Positions 55,550 through 64,000 of a DNA stretch of 64,000 bases are shown piece after piece. Source of the stretch: Eledone cirrhosa (taxonomy: Eukaryota); the NCBI GenBank assembly GCA_964016885.1, contig OZ024741.1, forward strand, positions 193,316,001 to 193,380,000, given 5' to 3'. The notes below the pieces were generated by a model. That model searched no databases, was not told where the DNA came from, and saw only the letters and a list, made by a program, of their open reading frames with translations. How positions within the stretch are numbered: position 1 is the stretch's first letter; each line of letters begins with the position of its first letter. A program made the position numbers and the translations under genes.

Positions 55550-56093
55550 ACTAGATTGAGGATTTGTATAGTTGGGAGGATGTCCCTCGTTTATGTAATA
55601 TTCAGCTTGTAGTGGGAAAAAAGGGTTTTAGTTCGGAGACGGCAGAATAATGTTCGTTCAATTCTGTTATTAAGCAATTTCTTCTTGTGTGTGATTATGT
55701 AATAAATCTCAAGATTACATAATTTGCAGAAATTTTGGCTTCTGGAAAAGCTTTGGGTTTTAGCTAATTTCTCCCATTTTAGGGTAAACTTTTGATCGCT
55801 ATCCCTGAGTGTCCAAGCTTTTTCTGCTAAAGTTGTTACATTTCTTTGGCTCTGGTGTTTTATTGAGTAAGAATGCCTATATAATCGAGATTTAAACGAT
55901 GTTGCCGTTGATCCCACGTAGTACCACTCGTTGCCTCCGGATTCAATGGTACACTTATAGATGATATTTTTTTCAAGGCAGTTATTGCCGAGGGGGCAGT
56001 TGTCAGGATAGGTGCAGTTACAGTTGTGTACGTTGGGTTTTCTCTGGAGTAGTATTGCAGACGAACTTAGGTGTGGTTTATTTATGTTCTGTA

Positions 56094-56095
<2 letters not shown>
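55550..56095 (-). mobile_element. Penelope-like element GIY-YIG endonuclease fragment
   Basis: CNC....CPL..NCLEKNIIYKCTI...YYVGSTATSFKSRLYRH...CKLCNLEIYYII..LLN.R.E shows the Cys-rich linker plus GIY-YIG, as in Neptune-type PLEs. Confidence 0.9.
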
Positions 56096-56137
<42 letters not shown>

Positions 56138-56139
<2 letters not shown>

Positions 56140-56337
56140 CAAAGGAAATGTGGTAAGGAACCAGGTGGACCATAACGCACCAAAGTACTCAATACTTAGG
56201 GTAGTAGAGTGGGTAATAGGAACGAGTATGACCCCGACGGCTGAGCTCAAGCCGTTTCGACGGCTAATTCTGGACTCATTTTGTCCAAATTTAGCCGTCG
56301 AAACGGCTTGAGCTCAGCCGTCGGGGTCCTACTCGTT

Positions 56338-56341
<4 letters not shown>
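56138..56341 (-). mobile_element. Short Penelope-like element with fold-back at hammerhead stem II
   Basis: Same family as 19640. The palindrome centre (56276-56282) is the loop of an imperfect 17-bp hairpin directly abutting GAAA. Confidence 0.75.
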
Positions 56342-56376
<35 letters not shown>

Positions 56377-56461
56377 GTATAAAGGAATGGTGTAATAAAA
56401 TGTACAAATTAAACTATCTCTTATTTATGATACTAACACTATATATATATATATACACACA

Positions 56462-56531
<70 letters not shown>

Positions 56532-57789
56532 TATATATATATACATATATACACACAGGCACAGATAGCGAAGTCAGTGTACAGAATGGTTTTCATAATG
56601 CAGACAGCCAGACATACAGAGACATATTATAAGGGCGCGACGTTATAGCTATGTATCTATCTAAAAAGACAGACTAAGAAAGAGAGGGGAATGTCGTATA
56701 ACCGGAAGTGTTGAAATTGGAAATTTTGAAGAAGTGAATATTTAAATAAACAATAAAATATCTTTAATGTTTTAACAAAATTTAGTAGACAAAAACACTT
56801 TCTTACTTGGAAAAAGTTACATCTATGGTGCAAATCTGGTGCCGTTTGGCGAAAAGTGTGTTACTTATATACGGCCGTCAGCTTTATTAATATTGATATA
56901 TATATGTGTGGGGGGGGGGGTGTCTGTCTGTGTGTGTGTGCATATTTGTTTGCATGTATGTAATGTATGTACGCATATATGTATGTATGCATATATGTAT
57001 AGGTGTATGCGTTTGTGTGTGTGTGTGTGTATATGGGTGATTGATATACACGACAATCTTCCATTTTGGTTTATATAATTTCAATTTTGCCATAAATCTT
57101 CACCGCTGTCTTCTTTATATTTTAATGAATTTTCAGCGTTATTGTCATATTTGGTGGACTTATCTTAATATCTGACCTTCTTCTCATAAAGCACATTTGA
57201 TTTATGGATTCTCTTTTAGTGGCCACAACACGTGATCTTGTATAGATATTAACGGTAAAATAGAACTCCAGGAATACAGATATATTTCTTCAGGAACGCT
57301 TAATGTCGAAACGAATTAGTTTCGAAAGAAAAATATACAAAAGGTCAGAATAATTCTTAGGAAAGTCGGAAGTTCTTATCGCATTCTTTTAAATGAAGTT
57401 TTTATATTTAATTCCTCTGTCTTAAATGGGAAGAATCATATAGAGAAACTGTGGTATGAAGAAATCAATACTAAAATATTTATCATCAAACAAATCAATC
57501 AATATAGCCTTCTGCCAATTTTACATCAAGTTTTAGATTTTGATAGGCAGTTGATTTAAATGATATATTGGGCTGCCCATGCGTTTTTTTTTCTTTCTTT
57601 TTTCTTCTCCAACGACGGTAATAGAGATCACGGTTCGCTTATATCTACCATTGAAACCGGATCATAGATTTGACACATCGCTCGTAATTATTTTATTCCC
57701 TTCGAATCAATATTGTACTCGCCGCATCTTATAGTGGCAAATGTTTAGTTGTGTTCGTCATACTTTTCGCAACGATATCAATGGCGTAT

Positions 57790-57980
57790 TATCACCACCA
57801 CTTCCACCATCATTAACAACATCATCATCATCGACAGTGTCATCATCGTTGTCGTCGATATCGTCATCATCATCATCGTCGTTGACGTCGTCATCATCGT
57901 CGTCATCATCATCATCATCATCATTATCATCACAATCATCACCATAGACGTCATCATCATCAACAACAGCAGCAGCAGTT
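57790..57980. repeat. (CAT/CGT)n low-complexity tract
   Basis: Read directly. Confidence 0.9.
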
Positions 57981-58459
57981 ATCGCCTACAACTTCTACTT
58001 ATGCCAGACAATCACCTCGTACACATTACAGATCCTGTTTCATCCTGAAAAATGCTCCACGTTTATCAGCAATCACGACGCCAAATCCTCCGTTAGATAC
58101 TTCATCGCGCTCTTGAGCGGATATCCACAGTCGATTTACAATATTTAGAATGTATATTTACCATATTTAGAATGCATGTTTACAATATTTATAGTGAATA
58201 TATATCCTATTTAAAATATATATTTTCAATATTTAAACTGTATAATTAAAGCATTTAGTGTGTACATTTACAACAGGGTGTATATGTATAACAGAGTGCA
58301 CATTTACAATAGAGTTTATGCTTACAATGGAGTGTATATTTACAATAGAATATATTTACAATATGTATGTATACACTACGCTTCAATCGTCATCCGATGG
58401 TTTATTTCTAATTCGAACTAAGAACCTTTGCTTCTGTATAAATTCTATTATTGTTGTTA

Positions 58460-58800
58460 TCAAGTAGCATAGTAAATATGGTGCAAGGTACTGTAGACCC
58501 CCACTTCCCTTGGTCATGAATGACCATGGGTTTGCACCTAGAAATCTCCCCTTCAGGTCTCAAGCTCGGACAAGATGTCACCCATGCATAACAATCTCCT
58601 CTCTCCACGCCACTGATGTTGTCCAAGGGAAAGGTAATGGCCAATACGTGGCGTCACAACTAATTTTTTTCCAGTTAAGTGAACTGGAGCAACTTGAAAT
58701 AAAGTCGCTTGCTCAAGTCTTGAAATAAAGTCGCTTGCTCAAGTCACATGGTACAGACCGGTCCGGGAATCGAACTCACAACCTTATGAATGTGAGCCCA
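58460..58800 (-). mobile_element. SINE/RTE-tail-like repeat
   Basis: Ends with ccgggaatcgaactcacaacctta (tRNA-like head on the minus strand) and has an internal 26-bp tandem duplication ttgaaataaagtcgcttgctcaagtc. Confidence 0.6.
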
Positions 58801-58893
58801 ACCAAGAAGTTAGCAATTCTTGTCTTTTCACCAGCACCGTGTTATATGTAAATAGATAGCACCAGGTAGAAACCACATATTTTTGTCACAATT

Positions 58894-61413
58894 CTAAAAC
58901 TCCCAATAACCCCTACTGGCTGTTTTAGGTGCTATAGTTCTGTTAACCATATTAGGTGTAATATGTGCAACAATTCTGTAAACCATACTAGCTGTAGTAG
59001 GTAGCAGAGATATGTAAACCATACTAGCTGTAGTAGGTAGCAGAGTTCTGTAAACCATACTAGCTGTAGTGGGTAGCAGAGATATGTAAACCATACTAGC
59101 TGTAGTAGGTAGCAGAGATATGTAAACCATACTAGCTGTAGTAGGTAGCAGAGTTCTGTAAACCATACTAGCTGTAACAGGTAGCAGAGTTCTGTAAACC
59201 ATACTAGCTGTAGTGGGTAGCAGAGTTATGTAAACCATACTAGCTGTAGTAGGTAGCAGAGTTCTGTAAACCATACTAGCTGTAGTGGGTAGCAGAGTTA
59301 TGTAAACCATACTAGCTGTAGTGGGTAGCAGAGTTCTGTAAACCATACTAGCTGTAGTAGGTAGCAGAGTTCTGTAAACCATACTAGCTGTAGTAGGTAG
59401 CAGAGTTCTGTAAACCATACTAGCTGTAGTAGGTAGCAGAGTTCTGTAAACCATACTAGCTGTAGTAGGTAGCAGAGTTCTGTAAACCATACTAGCTGTA
59501 GTAGGTAGCAGAGTTCTGTAAACCATACTAGTTGTAGTAGGTAGCAGAGTTCTGTAAACCATACTAGCTGTAGTAGGTAGCAGAGTTCTGTAAACCATAC
59601 TAGCTGTAGTAGGTAGCAGAGTTCTGTAAACCATACTAGTTGTAGTAGGTAGCAGAGTTCTGTAAACCATACTAGTTGTAGTAGGTAGCAGAGTTCTGTA
59701 AACCATACTAGCTGTAGTAGGTAGCAGAGTTCTGTAAACCATACTAGCTGTAGTGGGTAGCAGAGTTCTGTAAACCATACTAGCTGTAGTGGGTAGCAGA
59801 GTTCTGTAAACCATACTAGCTGTAGTAGGTAGCAGAGTTCTGTAAACCATACTAGCTGTAGTAGGTAGCAGAGTTCTGTAAACCATACTAGCTGTAGTAG
59901 GTAGCAGAGTTATGTAAACCATACTAGTTGTAGTGGGTAGCAGAGTTATGTAAACCATACTAGTTGTAGTGGGTAGCAGAGTTCTGTTAACCATACTAGC
60001 TGTAGTAGGTAGCAGAGTTATGTAAACCATACTAGCTGTAGTAGGTAGCAGAGTTCTGTAAACCATACTAGCTGTAGTAGGTAGCAGAGTTCTGTAAACC
60101 ATACTAGCTGTAGTAGGTAGCAGAGTTCTGTAAACCATACTAGTTGTAGTAGGTAGCAGAGTTCTGTAAACCATACTAGCTGTAGTAGGTAGCAGAGTTC
60201 TGTAAACCATACTAGCTGCAGTAGGTAGCAGAGTTCTGTAAACCATACTAGTTGTAGTAGGTAGCAGAGTTATGTAAACCATACTAGCTGCAGTAGGTAG
60301 CAGAGTTCTGTAAACCATACTAGTTGTAGTAGGTAGCAGAGTTCTGTAAACCATACTAGTTGTAGTAGGTAGCAGAGTTCTGTAAACCATACTAGTTGTA
60401 GTAGGTAGCAGAGTTCTGTAAACCATACTAGCTGTAGTGGGTAGCAGAGTTATGTAAACCATACTAGCTGTAGTAGGTAGCAGAGTTATGTAAACCATAC
60501 TAGCTGTAGTAGGTAGCAGAGTTCTGTAAACCATACTAGCTGTAGTAGGTAGCAGAGTTCTGTAAACCATACTAGCTGTAGTAGGTAGCAGAGTTCTGTA
60601 AACCATACTAGCTGTAGTAGGTAGCAGAGTTATGTAAACCATACTAGTTGTAGTAGGTAGCAGAGTTCTGTAAACCATACTAGTTGTAGTAGGTAGCAGA
60701 GTTCTGTAAACCATACTAGCTATAGTAGGTAGCAGAGATATGTAAACCATACTAGCTGTAGTGGGTAGCAGAGTTATGTAAACCATACTAGCTGTAGTAG
60801 GTAGCAGAGATATGTAAACCATACTAGCTGTAGTAGGTAGCAGAGTTCTGTAAACCATACTAGCTGTAGTAGGTAGCAGAGTTCTGTAAACCATACTAGC
60901 TATAGTAGGTAGCAGAGTTCTGTAAACCGTACTAGTTGTAGTAGGTAGCAGAGTTCTGTAAACCATACTAGTTGTAGTAGGTAGCAGAGTTCTGTAAACC
61001 ATACTAGTTGTAACAGGTAGCAGAGTTCTGTAAACCATACTAGCTATAGTAGGTAGCAGAGTTCTGTAAACCGTACTAGTTGTAGTAGGTAGCAGAGTTC
61101 TGTAAACCATACTAGCTGTAGTAGGTAGCAGAGTTCTGTAAACCATACTAGCTGTAGTAGGTAGCAGAGTTATGTAAACCGTATTAGCTATAGTAGGTAG
61201 CAGAGTTCTGTAAACCATACTAGCTGTAGTGGGTAGCAGAGTTATGTAAACCATACTAGCTGTAGTAGGTAGCAGAGTTCTGTAAACCATACTAGCTGTA
61301 ACAGGTACAACAAATAGTTCTTTGAACAATACTAGCTGTAACACGTAACACAATTTGGTAAACCATTTCAATTGTGATAGGTACTCCAATTCTGTGCACC
61401 TTACTAGTTGCAA
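58894..61413 (-). CDS. Possible repeat-protein ORF (SMVYRTLLPTTA)n, 839 aa; coding status unproven
   Basis: The frame is open across the whole array and the diverged flanking units stay stop-free. An ATG in CACCATGG context lies at 61495 in the repeat frame but is separated by a 4-bp insertion at ~61310. Confidence 0.25.
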   Translation of the reverse strand: MQLVRCTELEYLSQLKWFTKLCYVLQLVLFKELFVVPVTASMVYRTLLPTTASMVYITLLPTTASMVYRTLLPTIANTVYITLLPTTASMVYRTLLPTTASMVYRTLLPTTTSTVYRTLLPTIASMVYRTLLPVTTSMVYRTLLPTTTSMVYRTLLPTTTSTVYRTLLPTIASMVYRTLLPTTASMVYRTLLPTTASMVYISLLPTTASMVYITLLPTTASMVYISLLPTIASMVYRTLLPTTTSMVYRTLLPTTTSMVYITLLPTTASMVYRTLLPTTASMVYRTLLPTTASMVYRTLLPTTASMVYITLLPTTASMVYITLLPTTASMVYRTLLPTTTSMVYRTLLPTTTSMVYRTLLPTTTSMVYRTLLPTAASMVYITLLPTTTSMVYRTLLPTAASMVYRTLLPTTASMVYRTLLPTTTSMVYRTLLPTTASMVYRTLLPTTASMVYRTLLPTTASMVYITLLPTTASMVNRTLLPTTTSMVYITLLPTTTSMVYITLLPTTASMVYRTLLPTTASMVYRTLLPTTASMVYRTLLPTTASMVYRTLLPTTASMVYRTLLPTTASMVYRTLLPTTTSMVYRTLLPTTTSMVYRTLLPTTASMVYRTLLPTTASMVYRTLLPTTTSMVYRTLLPTTASMVYRTLLPTTASMVYRTLLPTTASMVYRTLLPTTASMVYRTLLPTTASMVYRTLLPTTASMVYITLLPTTASMVYRTLLPTTASMVYITLLPTTASMVYRTLLPVTASMVYRTLLPTTASMVYISLLPTTASMVYISLLPTTASMVYRTLLPTTASMVYISLLPTTASMVYRIVAHITPNMVNRTIAPKTASRGYWEF

Positions 61414-61495
61414 TAGGTATCACAGTTCTATAAACTATACTAGACTTAAGAGACACCACAATACAGGAAACCATTCTAATAGTAATAGACACCAT
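58895..61495. repeat. 36-bp minisatellite (~65 homogeneous copies plus diverged flanking copies)
   Basis: Unit GCTGTAGTAGGTAGCAGAGTTCTGTAAACCATACTA. Confidence 0.97.
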
Positions 61496-61669
61496 GGTGT
61501 GGTGTAGTTGGCGGATCTATACAGTTAGAGCACAGTAAAATTAACAAGTGTATAATTATTTTATATATCAATGGTGCTGTGGGGATTGCGTCAATACCAT
61601 TATGTCTCTAATTTAAAATCTAGCGATATTATCATTGTTGTTCTTCTTCTTGTTGTTATTATTATTATT

Positions 61670-61850
61670 AAGGTCGGTGGATTGGCAGTACCGATAGGCC
61701 CTTTACGTTCTGAGATCAAATCCCGCCGAGGTTAACTTTGCCTTTTATCCTTACGGGGTCGATAAAATAAAGTACACACTGGGGTGGATTTAATCGACTT
61801 TCCCCTCCCCCAAAATTGTTGGCATTATGCCTATAGTAGAAATCATTATT
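61670..61850 (+). mobile_element. tRNA-derived SINE
   Basis: ggtggattggcagtaccgatag...caaatcccgccgaggttaactttgccttttatccttacggggtcgataaaataaagtac. Confidence 0.88.
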
Positions 61851-61899
61851 ATCATTATTTCTTGGAATCTGAGTCATTGATGTTATTTAACTGGAAACT

Positions 61900-63360
61900 T
61901 TGTTCAAATAAACATCAAGCCATTACCTGCAGCCTCAGATATTCAAAATGTATCGGAGGGTTCTTGCAAGCATGCCATTTGAAGTGTTCCAAAAAGGGGT
62001 CTGGACTAATGTTTTTTAACCATGCTTGAAACCTCCAATGCTCCAATGACAATCGGGACGACTTTCATCTCAGGTCAGTCCCAGAACTTTTGTATCGTGG
62101 CGGCACCCTTAGAGATAGTATTAGTATTCTTTTTCGGGACTCTAAATTATTATTTCGTATTAGTTTACTTTTTTACACTGGGTGGTTGCTGGCCTTGTGC
62201 CTGGGGTAGAAACCTTTATTTATTATTTCGTGGTAGTTTCTTTAGTATTTTGGCCCCTCACTTGTTGACCCGTCACCGTAAGATATACTCGGTTTATTAC
62301 TTATACCTCTTAAAAGGGTCTCATTATAATTCCGTCCCACCTAGTATATATATTTTTAGCCTAGCAGTACCAGTGAGAGACTTAGATCGTAGTAACCAGA
62401 AATTGTTTTGTTTTTTTTTACATTTAATTGCTTTTTAACACTCTCAGTATTTTTCTATATATTTACCCCTTATTGTTCTACTTACTGTTTCGACTTCCTC
62501 CCCTCCCCCTCCCTAGTATCTTCTTTGACCTCATGCCCAGCTGTAGTCGGCACTATCAACGCATGAATGGGTCTCCTCCACCCCTCTCCCTCTTTCTCCT
62601 ACTGGCAGGTTTAGCTACTCCTTCCCACCACAAATTGCCATCATAGAATTATTATGTCTCAACAACAAACTTTTGACCAATCCCTGTGACAATCACTTTG
62701 ACCATATATGGAATTACCCCTTGAGAAGCTCGGCTATTCAAATACCAGGATCAAAATGTTCATTTAGTCCAGAATTAGCCGTCGAAACGGCTTGAGCTCA
62801 GCCGTCGGGGTCCTACTCGTTCCTATTACCCACTCTACTACCCTAAGTTGGTGCGTTATGGTCCACCTGGTTCCTTACCACATTTCCTCCGTTATATATA
62901 TATCTTTCTCTACAGATGCTACAGAGTGAGCTAGCCTCCTCCTTGTCAATATGGTGTTTCACCCACTTCGTTCTGTGCAGTCAATACCATTTACTCTCTA
63001 GCTTTTTTAAGGGCTCTTCTTTTTAACCAGCTCCATTTCTGTGGATCACTGAATTCCGTTTTCTTAAAAAGGTGTTATGAAGGATTTTTTTCATAAATGT
63101 TGCTCCTCCTCTTTGTTGTTACTTCCTTCTTGGATATACCCTGGTCTTCTGATTCAGTACAACTTTAAGCATCGTCCCCCTACTCTCAGGCACATATTTG
63201 TGTAGACAGGTCTTCTCCATCTGAACACAGTCCTCTATGCTGATAAGACCTCTTCCGCCTTCAGATCTCTTTAAGTATAGTCTATCAACATCACTCCTCT
63301 TCTGGAACATTCTGTAGCTAGCCATTAGCTTCCCAGTCTTTCTATCCATTTCTTTTTGTT
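61900..63360 (-). mobile_element. R4/Dong-like non-LTR retrotransposon, decayed and interrupted
   Basis: SDVDRLYLKRSEGGRGLISIED; WSWLK..LK..(T)AQNE; RHN; MKVVPIVIGAL at ~62050-62090. Confidence 0.75.
62765..62893 (+). mobile_element. Short Penelope-like element starting inside hammerhead stem II
   Basis: gtccagaattagccgtc-GAAA-cggcttgagctcagccg-TC-ggggtcc...ccgttatatata. Confidence 0.75.
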
Positions 63361-63439
63361 CAGTTATTTTTATTATTATTTGAAATACACACAATCAATT
63401 GTCGTACAGATGATGCCATAAGGGCACAAACAACAGTAA

Positions 63440-63780
63440 ATATCTTTGCAAGGTTTTTAAATTGATAATTCCATTCGCAGGGCAGCATTATTTTCTGTAT
63501 CTCTTGCAGAGATGTCTTTCCAGATATCCGGTCCAAATACTTTTCAGTTCCCATTTTTATTATTCCAAGTGCACCGACTATCATTGGTTTGAACAGGCCT
63601 TAAGATGTCCCATTTTCTCAGGTTCAATTGATAGATCGTTATACACACTGAGCTTTCCAAACTCTTTCGAGGAGATGTTACGATCTGAAGGAATGCTCAT
63701 GTCAATTAAGAAACATTTTTCTCTTTATCGTCTTTTACAATTATATCAGGTCTGTTGGCCTTGATTGTTCTGTCCGTGTT
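63440..63780 (-). mobile_element. R4/Dong-like 3' fragment (second copy)
   Basis: DRTIKANRPDII...FLIDMSIPSDRNISSKEFGKL; IVGALGIIK...SLQEIQKI.L. Confidence 0.8.
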
Positions 63781-63784
63781 CACA

Positions 63785-63950
63785 GGACGGTGGATTGGCA
63801 GTATCGGTTGAGCGTCGGATAGCATAATTTGTGGCTTATAGTTAGGGCCCTTTACGTTCTGACTTCAAATCACACCAAGATTGGCGTTGTGTTTTATCCT
63901 TACGGTGTCCGTAAAATAAAGTAGGCCTTGTGCCAAAAGTAGAAAAAATC
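63785..63950 (+). mobile_element. tRNA-derived SINE (diverged)
   Basis: ggacggtggattggcagtatcggttgagcgtcgga...ttctgacttcaaatc..ttatccttacgg..taaaataaagta. Confidence 0.8.
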
Positions 63951-64000
63951 ATCATCATCACCAGCAGCAGCAGCATCATCATCAGCAGCAGAAATAGTAG

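Noticed and set aside
57565-57770. Mariner-like left end (TATTGGGCTGCCC); similar right-end-like motif near 3100-3122
   Set aside because: No partner TIR or transposase sequence was found, so it is too weak to call.
58980-61300. CRISPR-like 36-bp repeats
   Set aside because: Contiguous tandem repeat with no spacers.

Overview
Eukaryotic, AT-rich, repeat-saturated DNA. It is very likely cephalopod (Octopus-like), judged from the SINE cores, the (TA)n/(CA)n density and the RTE/Penelope/CRE/R4 mix. I cannot support any host protein-coding exon, and most ORFs in the track are microsatellite read-throughs. The window holds decayed non-LTR retroelements (four CRE-like, four to five RTE, three R4/Dong-like, two Penelope RT/GIY-YIG remnants), a Gypsy 3' end and a related solo LTR, tRNA-derived SINEs, Helitron pieces, two MITEs, several satellites (13/19-bp, ~11-bp, 34-bp, 36-bp) and a 200-N gap. 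The most notable signal is a dense set of short non-coding elements, mostly in or beside (TA)n tracts, that carry type I hammerhead ribozyme motifs (CTGAnGA-stem II-GAAA-stem III-TH) from several sequence families, as known for Penelope-like elements. Many are palindromic. In two unrelated families the fold-back or truncation point repeatedly falls inside hammerhead stem II, which suggests the ribozyme hairpin itself stalls the cDNA and lets it self-prime during insertion. Other candidates are a tandem two-hairpin RNA-like module near 54.1 kb and a 36-bp minisatellite that reads as an 839-aa 12-mer-repeat ORF. All coordinates and alignments were read by eye.
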